The position numbers and the translations under genes were made by a program. This document shows positions 49,159 through 62,135 of a DNA stretch of 64,000 bases, piece after piece. The stretch's first letter is position 1. Each line of letters opens with the position of its first letter. This DNA comes from Schmidtea nova (lineage: Eukaryota). The notes beneath the pieces are model-generated. The model had not been told where the DNA came from and did not search any database. It saw only the letters and a list, made by a program, of their open reading frames with translations. The DNA lies in NCBI GenBank assembly GCA_044892505.1, contig CM097882.1, positions 438,898,001 through 438,962,000 on the forward strand, read 5' to 3'.

Positions 49159-50036
49159 ATGAATGAGATTAATCCCACCACCACCTTACCACCTCTATCA
49201 CCTGATGTCCAAAATCCTCACATTTCCATTTCATCGGCAGGCAGTACGAGTATCAACACCTCTACAACCCCCAACATCTTCACACCATTTTTAGATGTAA
49301 ACGGATCACCTAACGCGTGGTTATTTATTCTCGAACGATCCTTCCACGCCAGAAACATCGTGACTTCACAGCAAAAGTTCGAGCACCTTGTCTCGTCTCT
49401 CCCCACGAACTCCTTTCTAAACTCGCGCATCTCTTACCAAACCTTTTTGCAGAAGTTGATCCTTTTACTTCCCTCAAAAATGCCAGAATCAATAACTTCA
49501 GGGAACCAAAAGCAGAAATATTTTGTAAATATTTCAAGACTCAACACCTAGGTTCCCAACGACCATCCGAATTCCTGAGACAGACCATAGACAACCTAGA
49601 ATCGCTACAGCAAGGCATCACTCAAGACGATGCCATTCTTCGTCGTTTTTTTCTTTCCGCCTTGCCTCAACAAACACAAGCCAGCTTAGTGGTTTCCAAT
49701 ATTACTTCGCTTGCCGATATCGCCAATATGGCTGATAAAATAGCCAAGATTTCTCCAAATACAGGTTTCTGCAACCAAATTTCAGTAACAACACCCACGA
49801 AAACTCAAAATTCTACGAATCATTCTTTTACTCCTCTTATATTGGCAATCAAAAGTCTCACTAGAAAAGTTCAGAAGCTTGAGGCAAGACCCACATCAAC
49901 GGACCGAAAGCGACCGAGATCACACGTAATAAAGGTCCATGGATTTGTTGTTATCATCAGAGGTTTGGAGTTTCCGCACACAGTTGCCAGATCGGGCGTA
50001 ATTACAGAAATCAGAAGGCTGATTGCAAACAGATAG
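49159..50036 (+). pseudogene. gag: Gag (one C-run frameshift near 49405)
   Basis: SPNAWLFILERSFHARNI...KFEHLVSSLP, LGSQRPSEFLR, RRFFLSALP; same Gag type as 42851-43730. Confidence 0.85.
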
Positions 50037-53000
50037 ACTTCTGCATATACCACAGCAAGTTCAATAAAATAGCCAGACGCTGTCTTGAAGGTTGCAGGTT
50101 CTTTCAAACTTTTCAAGAACTCAATGACAACAAGCAATAAAAAAACTAGTACTGCCATCGTTTCATGCGGCTGAAGTAGATGGTCATCTCAATTCATCTT
50201 TTTCCTCTCCTTTTTTATTTCCTTTTTTCCTTTATCACATTCATTACTTAACTATTCACAGAATACGATGACCTGTCTGGTGGATACAGGTTCGAGCATT
50301 TCTCTCTTACTTCTCAAATGTACAGTGACACAAAGCAACACACGATTCCGCTTGAAAGCAGCTAACGGAGCTTTTATGAGCACGCGTGGAACCACCGAAG
50401 TACAGTTCATCATAGGCAACATCAACAAAACCTTCGTTTGAATTTTCAGCATCGCTGACGTACCATATCCAATTCTGGGCATCCATTTTTTTGAAAATAA
50501 TCATATCATCATCATTTGCAACAAGCGCTCTCTATCCGTCATCGATCCCAATATTAATTCCACGTCTTTAAATGACGCTTCTAATCAAAATGCTGAATGC
50601 AATACATTCTCTATCGATCTATTCTCGAACTTTGTTGACAAATTCAGCACTAATAGAATTTTCGATGATAACTTCACTCCTACAACAGGATCTTTAGACC
50701 AAAGGTTCTATTATCAAATCATTACTCTGAATTCACCGCCTCTCAGAGAGAGAGAGAGAGTGCGCCCGATCTTTGGAGAAAAATTGACATTTCTGAAGAC
50801 AGAATATGATAATTTGTTATAAGCAGGAGTGATCCAAAGATTTTCTTCACCTTGGGCCTCTCCGATCCATTTCGTCCTTAAGAAAGACGGTTCTTTCAGG
50901 ATATGTGGCGACTACCGTCGTTTAAATACCGTCACACAGCACGACTCATATTCAATGCCTCTTATAAAGGATTCGTTAGCCAAACTCACAGGTAACAAAA
51001 TATTCTCCACGATCGATCTGGCGAAGGCATACCACCAAGGCATACCACAGCTGTCATCACTCCTATAGGTCTCTTCGAATTCCTGCGAATGCTTTTTGGT
51101 TTACGGAACGCTGCATAAACATTCCAGCGACACACCGATCACATATTATCCGGACTAGATTATGTAGTAGCCTACGTCGATGACATCTTAGTCGCATAAC
51201 CTGATGCCGAAACACATAAACAGCATCTATCTAAACTCATTAAAATCTTAGAGTAACATCAACTCAAGATAAATCGTTCCAAATGTCAATTCTTTTAATA
51301 AAGTGTAAAATTTCTGGGACACACCTTATCCGCCGATGGAATAGCTCCACAAACTGAACGTTTAAATTCCATTAGACATTTTTCTAAACCGGAAACTGTC
51401 ACGCAGCTTCGCAGATTTTTTGGCGTAGTCAATTATTGCCACAGTTTCATACCTAAGATATCTGATATACTTGCTCCTTTGACTTCGCTCAGTTCGGGAT
51501 TAAAGCTATCTATTATAAAATGGACAGAGAAATCTAACGCTGCGTTCATCTAAGCTAAAAAAGCACTTGAATCAATTCAGACTTTGGCTTATCCAAAGTA
51601 TTCTCTACGTTTCAGTCTGACAACAGATGCGTCCGACGTCGCAGTTGGTGCTGTGTTAACACAGGTACAAGATGGTATAGTTCGACCTCTTGAATTCTTT
51701 TCTAAGAAGTTAACCGAAACTCAAACCAAATACTCCGCGTTCGATCGGGAACTTTTAGCCATATTTCTGTTGATTAGACATTTCAAACATTTGCTGGAAG
51801 GTAGATCCACTACAGTTTACACTGATCACAAGCCGTTTGTTCATTTAACCACTATGAAGAATCCCTCTCCCAGGCAGTTACGTCAAATTTCTTTCATCAC
51901 CTAGTTTACCAGTGACATCAGAGACATAGCGGGTAAAGAGAACATTTTAGCTGATTTTCTCTCACGTAGTGCCAAAGCTTTCTCCTTGGAACCCTTGTAA
52001 ATAAAGCAACCGAAGCTGATCTACAATATTTTCAGAACCATAAATCAAACGTGGACGGCATTGATTTTGACTCCTCACTTTCGGGAACTCTTAGACCTAT
52101 TATTGGATCCGAGCTTCGAAAACAGGCATTCCGTGCAGTTCAAGACTTACATCATCCTAGCTCGACTGCCACTTATCAGCTGCTAAAAAACCAAGTCATT
52201 TGGCTCTTTATGAGACGAGATACTAAAACATGGGTTAGTCAGTGGTTGAAATGCCAATCAAACAAAATTACTCGACACGTTAAACCACTGCACATGCACT
52301 TTCTAACAGGCAATCGATTTGATGTCGTTTACATTGATCTTGTCGGTCCTTTGCCAATAGACAATGGTTTTTCGTATCTTTTAACAATGATAGACAGGAA
52401 GACAAGATGGTGTGAAGCTGTTCCTCTACGTTCTGTCTCAGCAAATATAGTCGCTGAATCTTTCATTTCAGAATGAGTTTCACCATATGGCATTCCCAGA
52501 TAATTTATTAGCGACAGAAGAGCGCAATTCGAATCGCAGCTCTTTACCTCTTTATTGGAACAGCTTGGCATCAAACGACTGCGTTCGACTGCATATTATC
52601 CGCAGACGAACGGCCTCATTGAGAGATTTCACCGGACACTCAAGCAGTCACTACTTATACTTTCTCTTAACTATCGCTGGGCAAAAGCTTTGACTTTTGT
52701 GTTATTGGGTTGGAGAAACACACCATCCAAGACAACCGAATCGTCTCCAGCTGAATTACTCTTCGGTACAAACACTATAGTTCTCAACGAGCTCATCGAC
52801 CTCGGTGAACAACCAAAGATCGAAGAACTCAATACTGCCAGACGTCATTTCCTTGAAATTGATAGCAATCCAATGTTTTCGCTAGCAAACGCCGAAAAAC
52901 CTTTTATATCGAAATCTCTATCTTCTTCTAAACACGTATGGATTCGTGCTATCACCAATTCTATCCTTCTCCTGTCGTGCTTACTGAAAATACTTGTTTG

Positions 53001-53386
53001 CACGAGGCAGATATACTTTCTACGGATATAACCAATTGGCCTTCTAGTTCTGATGGCAAGAACACAACTAGTAGCCCGGAAACAATCGGTTCACCGGCTA
53101 GCAACGAAACTTCTAGACCACTTTCAATTTTGAAAGATTCTCCCATGGCTCATTCTAAGACTGCTTCTACTACAATCAATCCATGGGTTCACGAACGCCG
53201 TATAGGAGATAATCCTAACGCTCCAGCTAGACTGCATCGAATATTGTAAAGATAATTATTTATCTTTTCGATCCATCTCTTATTTTTTACTTTTTCTTTC
53301 ATTCTTCCCCTCTTGTTTCTCATGTCGCCGCACTCGCGTTTTCTTCACCCCATGTTACTGCTCCGCAGCTTTCGTTGGGGGCTAAT

Positions 53387-54047
53387 GTGGTGATATAATT
53401 AATATATAAATAAATATAATATTTATATTAAATATAAATTAAATATATATTAAGAGTATATTGAATATATATTTTATTATATAAAAAAGAAATTGTATAA
53501 AAAACTATAAAGATAAAAAAACGCTTGTTTTAATTTTGTGGTATTTTAAAATATACGTTTTACATTGTTGAATTTACTTATATAAATAATTCTGTGTTAA
53601 ACTATGAATATATCTGACTTTAAACTTTTCATTAAATGGAGCACTGCTGATGTTCACGCTATCGATCTATCATTAACAGATTACACTAATTATAGTGGAA
53701 AATATTCAAAAATAATTCCCCAGTCTGCTAGTCGTTATCAAACAAAACAATTTAGAAAAGCACAATGTCCAATTGTTGGGCGATTAATGTGCTCTCTAAT
53801 GTTGCACGGTCGAAATAACGAGGAAAGGATCAAAGCAAACAATATCATGATGGTTAACTCAAATGTTACAATTACGTTTAACAAAAAGAATATGGCTTTG
53901 GTGCTGTTTGCAATTCACCCACAAGTTATGACGGCAATTCGAAATATTGATGCCTATTTCCTGCGGGGCAAACAAATGCATTTACGTATATCAAAAACAA
54001 ATGTCATCCAATTAGCAATGGAGGAGGCGAACCACACAAATACCACA
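53387..54047 (+). repeat. Putative 3' LTR (661 bp) carrying host mRNA fragments
   Basis: Begins TGTGGT after the PPT and ends ACCACA; last 136 bp duplicated in front of the PBS. Confidence 0.65.
53604..54047 (+). pseudogene. Intronless in-frame chimera of RPS5 (uS7) N-terminal fragment and PTB/hnRNP-I RRM3 fragment
   Basis: KLFIKWS..DV...SLTDY...RYQTKQFRKAQCPIVGRL...HGRNN (RPS5) then VTITFNKKNMALV...QVMTAIRNIDAYFLRGKQMHLRISK..IQL (cf. PTBP VKILFNKKENALV...QAQLAMSHLNG..LHGK..RITLSK). Confidence 0.85.
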
Positions 54048-54504
54048 CACTTCATGTGTTATATTGACACACATACTAGTATTATAAATACTTGTGTGCT
54101 ATATTCATAAAGAAATACATGTGTGCGTATATTTCCCTAACCTAAAGCGGTTTTGAAAGTTGGTTAATAACCATTGAAATATTTTAGTTATATACACTAT
54201 CTGTTCATTTTTCGTCACTTAAACAACCATTTTTACTATTCAATTAACCCAAATGTTGCCACCGTCCTTTTAAAAGAACGCTCCTTATATATTTTTTTAT
54301 TTTGCATACGCTAGTTATTTAGAGATATCTATAATAAGAATGTGTTTAGCACATCACAATTACAAGTCTTGACCAGTTAACTTCTTTGTTTATTCTTGAT
54401 TTTGTATACACTGCGGTATTTAGTTCTATGATAGTGCAAGAAGTGACAACATGGCTAAAATAGTTTTGGCAACATCTGGGTTAAATTAAAATCTTTTAAT
54501 CAAT

Positions 54505-54910
54505 ATGATCAATAACATTCAAAATATTAATAAAATGAATATCGCCTCCTTGAGTAATTTTATTTTTATTTTAATATATCATTTTAATATTATTTTTATT
54601 TTCAGCAGTCTCAAATAGTTCCAAGTTTAAGTATGAAACCCCAGCGAATATTGTTTTAGGGCAAAATGGTATTTTATTATTATTATTACAATATATTTTT
54701 TCATTATATATTTCTTTAGAAACTAGGATGGTTAATTCTAATTTATTAAAATTGATTGATCATAAACAATGTGGACGAATTTTTCTCACTGATATTGATG
54801 AGGAATCGACTAATGGTAAGTTATTGTTTTATATTTAATATGTTTTTATATATTTTAATTTAGAAATTGTATATAATAAACATGTAGGATCATTAAAGAC
54901 AACAATTTAG
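54505..54910 (+). CDS. Small spliced gene or gene fragment (exons 54505-54553, 54606-54668, 54720-54815, 54864-54910; 84 aa), weak cadherin-like motif
   Basis: Three GT-AG introns of 52, 51 and 48 nt, all phase 1, keep one frame open; GRIFLTDIDEESTNEIVY resembles the cadherin A.D.D...N..I.Y motif. Confidence 0.5.
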
Positions 54911-55888
54911 ACGAATTCAACAATTTTATCAACTATATATTCAAAAAATGTTAATCCAAAAATTCATAAGGAAAAAGGATCAGATGAAATCCATGTAACA
55001 GAGCATATTTTAATGCATACTGAAATAAAAAAATGAATCGCTAAAATTTAAGTATTTTTAAATTGTTTACATTTTTCATGAAAATTTAAATAATAATAAT
55101 AATAATAATAAAAGTGTATCATAATTATATATACATCTGGTTGCACCCACTTTGTATAAATATTTAAAAAATAATTTAAATAAATATTAAATAACCACGG
55201 GGCTTGATTGGTGTGAGAAAGTGTGGGGCGAGCCTAAGCCGTTGGGTGGTCTTGTCGAAATATGTGTAAATCTTATATGCTTTAATGTAAATTGCTTTCT
55301 GGATGTTGCAATCTTGTCGAGAGAGGGCTTGTCTGCCGAGAGGTAATTTCTCATGAATCGTCGCGAAATTCTCATGTGGTGATACCAGAACTACCGTGGA
55401 AATCTTCCATGATTATAGAAAAGAGTTTTCAAAAATGGTGGTAAATGTTTATCAATTTTCGAAATCGATACACGACTTTGAGACAGATCTGAGCATCCTA
55501 ATTGATAATTTAAATGGAAGTAACAATAATATAAATTTCAAAAATTTTATTCTAAAAGTGGAAGATATTATTCGCTATTTTTTTGCAATTGAAATCTTTA
55601 AAAATAATTTTTATTTACAATTTAAATTTTTAAAAATTATGTTTGGTTTTAGAATTTTAATTTATTTTAGGGTAAATGAAAAAAGTTAAAAGATTTTTTG
55701 GTAATATAAAAATTATGTAATTTAATGAGTTGTTTAAATAATATTAGCAAATGTTTTGGTTTTTTTAAAATTTGATTTGTAATTTTTGATAGTTAAAATG
55801 GTTTGTAATGAGATGCTTTTTTAAAATAAAATTTCCTTCGGCTGAAATTGATTTTGAATTATTAAAAATGTGCGATGTTCGTGCTCGC

Positions 55889-58800
55889 TGTGGTTTCTAC
55901 AAAGATAAGAAATCACGCTTTATTTTGAAATTATATTAAACTCAAATTTCTGCATATTCAAACAAATCTTTACATCTCCTCGTGATTTTCGTCTTCGTTC
56001 TCGTTAAAACTGGTTTTAAAATCATCAAAATATCGAGGTCTTCTGGTCCTGCCTCTATGTACATTTCGGCACAATGAGTCGAGTATTGGATTGTCAACGC
56101 CTGTTAGTCCTTCATCGTTGTTATCCACCGACACTTCGTTGACAGTCGGTCGTATGCCGGAATAGTGGCGCGGTATCCTGTTGATTTCAAAGTTGGTCGA
56201 TGAATTTACCTTCGTTACACTCCCCTCACCCCATGTCGATGCGCATTTTGCATTTGGTGGTTTAACGTAAACTGCATCCCCAACTTAGAACGAAGTGTAC
56301 TGTGTCTTCTCTTCTATATTACGTGCGCCAACTCTTTTCCACCAATATTAAAACACGGATGGGGATGGCGGCGTTCCGCATTTGTCATTAGGTGCTAGGT
56401 TGTACCAGTATACCATGTCCAATACTCCCTTGTTAATTCTGTCTGCCATGCGTTTAATAGTACGATGGTTCCGTTCTATTATACCGTTTCCTGAAGGCCG
56501 ATAAGCACATCGAAACACACATTTTACACCCCATTTGTGGCACAGTGCTTTCATTTGTGTTGACTGAAATGACGTTGCATTGTCGATCACCAGTTCATCG
56601 AGGGAACTTCGTTCTCTGAAGATCTGTTCAAGGTTCCGTGTAATAGTCTCCCGATATTCACTTCTTATTTCTCTCCATAGAGCAAAACGACTCGGTCCAC
56701 AGTCAATCACAGTCAAATAAAGCTTACTTAGATAGTGTGTAACATCCTTAGCCAGTCTCTTCCATGTCTCCTTAACGCTCAACTCTCCATGCTCCCATTT
56801 AACAGGCGCCGGATCGATAGATTGACACTACACATTCACCGATTATTACTTTTACATCCTCAAGCGTAACGTCCGGACAAAGTTGCTTTGCAAAATACAA
56901 TGTCTTCTTGGCTCCAAAATGATGCTGTCTGTGACTTTCTCGTAACAGTTCGCTCATAACAGCAACGGTGCTTACAGTTGGTTCATCACACGATTTAACC
57001 CAAGTCAGCCATTTGTTACTAACTCTTGTGAGTACATCTGCTCTGTTTTTATCTGTCGGAACAAACTCAACCGAGATCGTTAAGTCATAACTCTTTCGTA
57101 ATTCACAGATAATCTGCAGACGTCTTCGTACTAGCATTTCAGCAATTCCATGAATTTGGATTCTAGCAGTGACAGTTAAAACTGAATCTATCCAACTCCT
57201 AACGGTAGCGAAATCTGTTATTACAACTAAGTTGCTTCTTTCCCAGCTGATGGCTAAGTAAATTCCCTTTATCACCGCATCCACATCTGCAAGTTTTTTA
57301 TGAGCAAAATCGTTTTTCTTCCTCATCTATGACACATCTTCGACGATTTTACCTGATATTTCTAACACAACTCCTAATGCCAGATTACTTGCATCGCACT
57401 AGACAATTGTAGATCCTTCTTTATTTACGTGCCACTCACCAGACACCGGATCACTTTCTTTCACACGATACATCATTTTGTTGACCATTCTTAACGCAAT
57501 CTTTCCAATCTTGTCATCCCACTTACTTCCAGCACTGTGTCGTTTTATATAGCTACTCGCTACTCTCAACCATCCAGCAACTGTATAGTGCCCAACGAGT
57601 TGACCACAGAGTGAAAATAACTCCCTCTTTGACATGTCTGTAAACGCGCTGTCTGGCAAAATGTTTCCACGGTGCCACGTACGACCATTAATACTTGTTT
57701 GAAGCTGGAGACCTAGCACATTTGCATTATCAAACTTTTCCGATGGCTTTGTAATTAGCCCGTATGTTGCTAAATGGCTTATTACTTCATTGACGTTTAT
57801 TCTTGACTGGTCGACAATAATATCATCAATATAACTGTCTGTTGCTTTCCTGGTGTCTTCTCTTAAACTTAATACCTTCCGTACTATTGTTGACATTACT
57901 TTTTGGAGCCACATTTAAACCAAAACCGAGTCTTGTTAGAAATTATCCGTTCACTTTGAAACTAACCATTTGATGCTCCCATAGGTCTTTTTCAACATGG
58001 ATCTGAAGATAAGCATTTTAAGATCAATTAATATAACCTGTTCACCCATCATTAGCCATCGCCTTAATGATTCGCAACATACGTCACTTTGTCTAGTATG
58101 ACTAATAACATATTTATTTAGTTCCCGAAAATCCATTACCGGGTGAACTTTTCCTTTGTTTATTTGCTCTACTGCTAAAAACAGAATTATTCCATACGCG
58201 ACGTCTTTCGTTGGAATTATCCATCTTTCTTGAATTCACCGTTCAACCTCCGTGTCAAACTTGATCTGTAGCCCTGGATCGATTTTGTAATTTGAAATTC
58301 TTTTCAATAGAACAACTGGTTCTGCTTTCTATTTCCACTTCACGGTCCACTTGCCGTCACTGAATGCTGCCGAAAAATCACCATCTTCAATTCGCACATT
58401 CTCATTTGACTGATCCAACCTCTCCACGCTAGATACATCTACAATACTTGAAAAAGATACACCAGTCTTGTCAATTTTAAGACCACCCAGCATCCCTATT
58501 ACGTCCATTTCTAAAATCATATCAACATTTAGCGGTAGATTCATCAACAAGACACAATCAACACTCAATAATTTACCACCAACAATCAGTTGATCGTTCA
58601 CATCATGCATACACTTGACTAGTGATCCATCCACAGTCATGATACTCCAATTCCGTATAAATAGTTTCTTCGCAATTCTGACTGACACGACTGATTTGGA
58701 ACATCCCGAGTCGATCAATGCTTTCACGGACTCCCCATTGATCATGACAGAAATAAACTGCAGCGCCATTATGTTCGTGCTGGAGTAGACACTGGCGCAT

Positions 58801-59517
58801 GCGTTACTCCTTTTCCGTTTCCCTACTCTGAATTTTTGGTGCACTCCTTTGCAATGTGGCCCTCCTCTTCACACCGCCAACACTTCTTTCCTTGTTTCTT
58901 AAAGCAACGTTCTTCTAAATGGTCATTCTTTTCGCAATATAAACATTTCTTTTGCTTTTCATGTTTTCCCACAACAGCCGAATAAAGTTCCATAGTGTCG
59001 CAGTTTACTAAAACACAGGACTGTTTCAAAACACCAACAAGAGACATCTACTGAATCTTGGCATTGGATCGTAACTGTTGTGACGTCGCTGTTGGCAAAC
59101 CCATAATCAATGGGCTTTTAATTAAAATCTCATTATCTATCTTGGCCAATGATGCTAAGTTTTTGAGATCATTCAAATATACATGGACTGGCTCATTGCA
59201 CCACTTTAGTTCACGGAATCAGTCATATGCTTGGAACATATCTATGGAATAGACATCGATTAGGGCATGTTCAATCTTCAATGCGTTGTCCTTGTCTTCC
59301 GCACTCAAATGCTGATATACTGCGAAAGCTAGTCCATCTAGCTTCACTTTCTGAATCCACTGTTGAACGTCCCCTTCTCCTCTGAAAATAGGTGTCATAT
59401 TGTCCATATCAAATTATTGCCGCGATAGCTTGTGGTTTCTACAAAGACAAGAAAATCACGCTTTATTTTAAAATTATATTAAACTAAAATTTCTGCATAT
59501 TCAAACAAATCTTTACA
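55889..59517 (-). mobile_element. Compact decayed Ty3/Gypsy element with ~86-bp LTRs
   Basis: Direct repeats 55889-55974 and 59431-59517 (TG...CA); PPT AGGAGA on minus strand; two CCHC knuckles, IDSG protease, YIDD RT, RNase H, integrase; no TSD. Confidence 0.92.
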
Positions 59518-60796
59518 CTATCGCTAACTTAAGGTGTCATTTAAATTTATCTCATGTTGCTCAAAATGGTATTGATGTTGAATATGATGAAATTTTAAAT
59601 GTGTTGAAAACCAAGCTTCAAAATCCAAAAGTTGGATTAGCTCAATTTTGGAGTAATGGAAAAATGTTCGTAATTGGATGTGATACAATTGAGAATACAA
59701 AGCAAGGTTGTAAAATTCTTGCAAGATGAATTAAAAAATCAGATTACGATGCTAAATTCGAAAACTTTCAAATAGTAAATGTTCTGACCAGACTTCAAAT
59801 ACCTTTTAGACTTCATATTCGTTAAATTGGTTTAATCGATAACTTAAATTCAGTCGACATGTTTGAAGAAAACGAGTTTGGAATGGCTACAAATCTGGAT
59901 AAAGATAAAACGAAATGCGTCGCAGATTATAAACGCAATGTGTTTGAGCTTCTTCATGAAATGAAAAATGATTTAATATCAGCTGAGAAAACCAACATCA
60001 TATTAAAGATCTAATTATTACATATTGTAGTTTTATTAATAACCTAATATTTGTTGACGTTAGAAATATCATATTTATAAAAATTTGAAATTAAACATGT
60101 ATCCCAATAAATAATTTATATTAAAATTAATTATTTTAAATAATATATTAATTAATAATATTTTAAATACTTTTTGATAATATTAATAAAAAATATATAT
60201 AATCACGCAGTAGTAAAAATACTATTTTCCGTTAATTTTATCGATTGTTAGTAACAATATTTACCTCAATCTCACTGTTTATTTTATAAAACTTTAATAA
60301 TAGTACGAATATCTCACAATGAAAAACCAAGATAGTTATAATTAGTTAATAAAAACATTTATATTTTAATCATTTATATTAATAATAAGTTATTTTAAAT
60401 ATTTGGCGACTTATTATAGTAAATAGGTTACTATAATGATTCTTCAAATAATAGGAATAATTTATATGATTTTATATCAATTTTTATATAATTATTATCG
60501 TATATTATTCTAAATTTGCTTTGTATATTCAGGCTCTTTATATCCAAATTATTGTCACTCATCGATCAAACACGGCGTTCAATGTCATAAACTTATGACA
60601 ATTTATTATCGTTATAAGTTGGAATTGTCTTCTATATTTGATCTAAATGCGAGAATTTCTAACCCATCTCCACAAACCATCTTTCACAATTTTTTAAATC
60701 TAAAAAATTGTTTTTCAACTTAATCATGAGACTTCGAACATCTCTTATTCGAAAAAATTTGTTACCATTGACTGAACTAAGTCATCAACTCTTTTA

Positions 60797-60798
<2 letters not shown>

Positions 60799-60874
<76 letters not shown>

Positions 60875-60880
60875 TATAAT
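60799..60880. repeat. (AAT)n microsatellite
   Basis: Direct reading; similar tracts near 35226, 35696 and 62105. Confidence 0.95.
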
Positions 60881-60914
60881 AATTAAAAACAAACGCCAAT
60901 CCAAATATATATTC

Positions 60915-60957
60915 TGCACAATATATTTCGAGAACTTAATTCTCTTCATCAGGTGCA
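60915..60957 (-). ncRNA. Minimal type I hammerhead ribozyme (Penelope-type)
   Basis: Minus strand: TGCAC-CTGATGA-A-GAGAA(TTAAG)TTCTC-GAAA-TATA-TT-GTGCA; stems I and II pair perfectly, short palindromic stem III. Confidence 0.8.
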
Positions 60958-61229
60958 ACTCAATCTTCCATTCAAATATAAATCAAATAAAATGATTTAT
61001 CAAACAAATCAATAATAATTTTTAAAATAAAATGCATTTTATAAATTTTATAAAATAGTCAAAAAATTTATAACAATTAAAATTTTTTTAATTTAAATAA
61101 ATTAATCTTAAAAATATAATATTCTCTTTTTTATAAAAATATATTTTTTTAAGAATATTTATAAATATTTTCATATTTACAAACAACAGAATGATTGAAA
61201 ACAAAATCTATAATCCCTAATTGAAAATG

Positions 61230-61930
61230 CTCTAATACTCGAGTACAGAAAAGACGCCAGTCTTCTCCAAAGTATGTCGCATTTCACCCATGACATTTGA
61301 AATATTAAACGAGTATAGAACATAAATCAAAAGAAAAAAATAAACATCGTCAACAATCACATCAGTTAATTTACTCAAATCGCAAAAAATGAGGCAAACA
61401 CACGCACTCAAAACTCTCACTTATATATTCACAAACATTGATATGACTGAAAACAAGGCTAAATCCCATTAATTGACTATGCTCTGAAACTCGAATACAG
61501 AGAAGACGGACAGTCTTTTCCAATGTATGTGGCATTTCCCCCATGACATTTGAAAAAATAAACGATAACAGAACAAAGAGCAATACAGAAAACTTAGAAT
61601 CACCAACAATCACACCAATTAATTCATAAATAATAGAATAAGAGAAATAATCAACACGAATGTAATAATCAACCTCGCCATTCAATCGAAATACTAATTT
61701 GGCAATATAAAACTACACATTTAGAATTATAAAAATTATCTATCAATCTACACATTAGTAATCCAATCAGAGGCAATACATAGACTAGGTGGTTACGCCT
61801 TTCAATCTTCAATTCTAGAACGTCAATCCAAATTCTTTGATCAACGAATCGAACATCTTCAATCTCTTTATTTAAAAACTTTTTCCTACGAACAACTGAA
61901 GGATAATTATTTTTCTTCAATACATAACAC
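61230..61930 (-). mobile_element. Penelope-like element relic: GIY-YIG endonuclease fragment, tandemly duplicated
   Basis: VYFFKCHG.NATYIGK then (frameshift) TVRLLCIRVSEH; ~240-bp duplication; same strand as the hammerhead. Confidence 0.72.
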
Positions 61931-62099
61931 CAAATATTTCTTATTTTTAAAGTTTTTTATTGTTTGTTTTATATAGGAACCTGTGTAAATATTAAATGTT
62001 TTATATAGGGACCAGTGGCATTTTTTCATACCATAATTGTTTGGGATTAATTGATTACTTTATAAGTTAAAAAATTTTATAAGTTTTTATAATTGTTAT

Positions 62100-62101
62100 A
62101 G

Positions 62102-62135
<34 letters not shown>

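Larger units (their letters stand above)
48624..54047 (+). mobile_element. Ty3/Gypsy element with a ubiquitin-like-Gag fusion; 5' LTR truncated
   Basis: 136-bp direct repeat (48624-48759 / 53912-54047, 5 differences) ending ACCACA; PBS follows the left copy; PPT GGGGG then TGTGGT at 53387; gag, PR (VDTGSS), RT (YVDD), RH (TDAS), IN with many stops. Confidence 0.85.

Noticed and set aside
53604-53850. Functional RPS5 gene
   Set aside because: Only the N-terminal part of the protein, intronless, diverged at conserved positions and fused to unrelated sequence
55396-60010. ORF pieces flanking the 55.9-59.5 kb Gypsy (55396-55689 and ~59740-60012) as one interrupted gene
   Set aside because: No motif, and no TSD or frame continuity to join them
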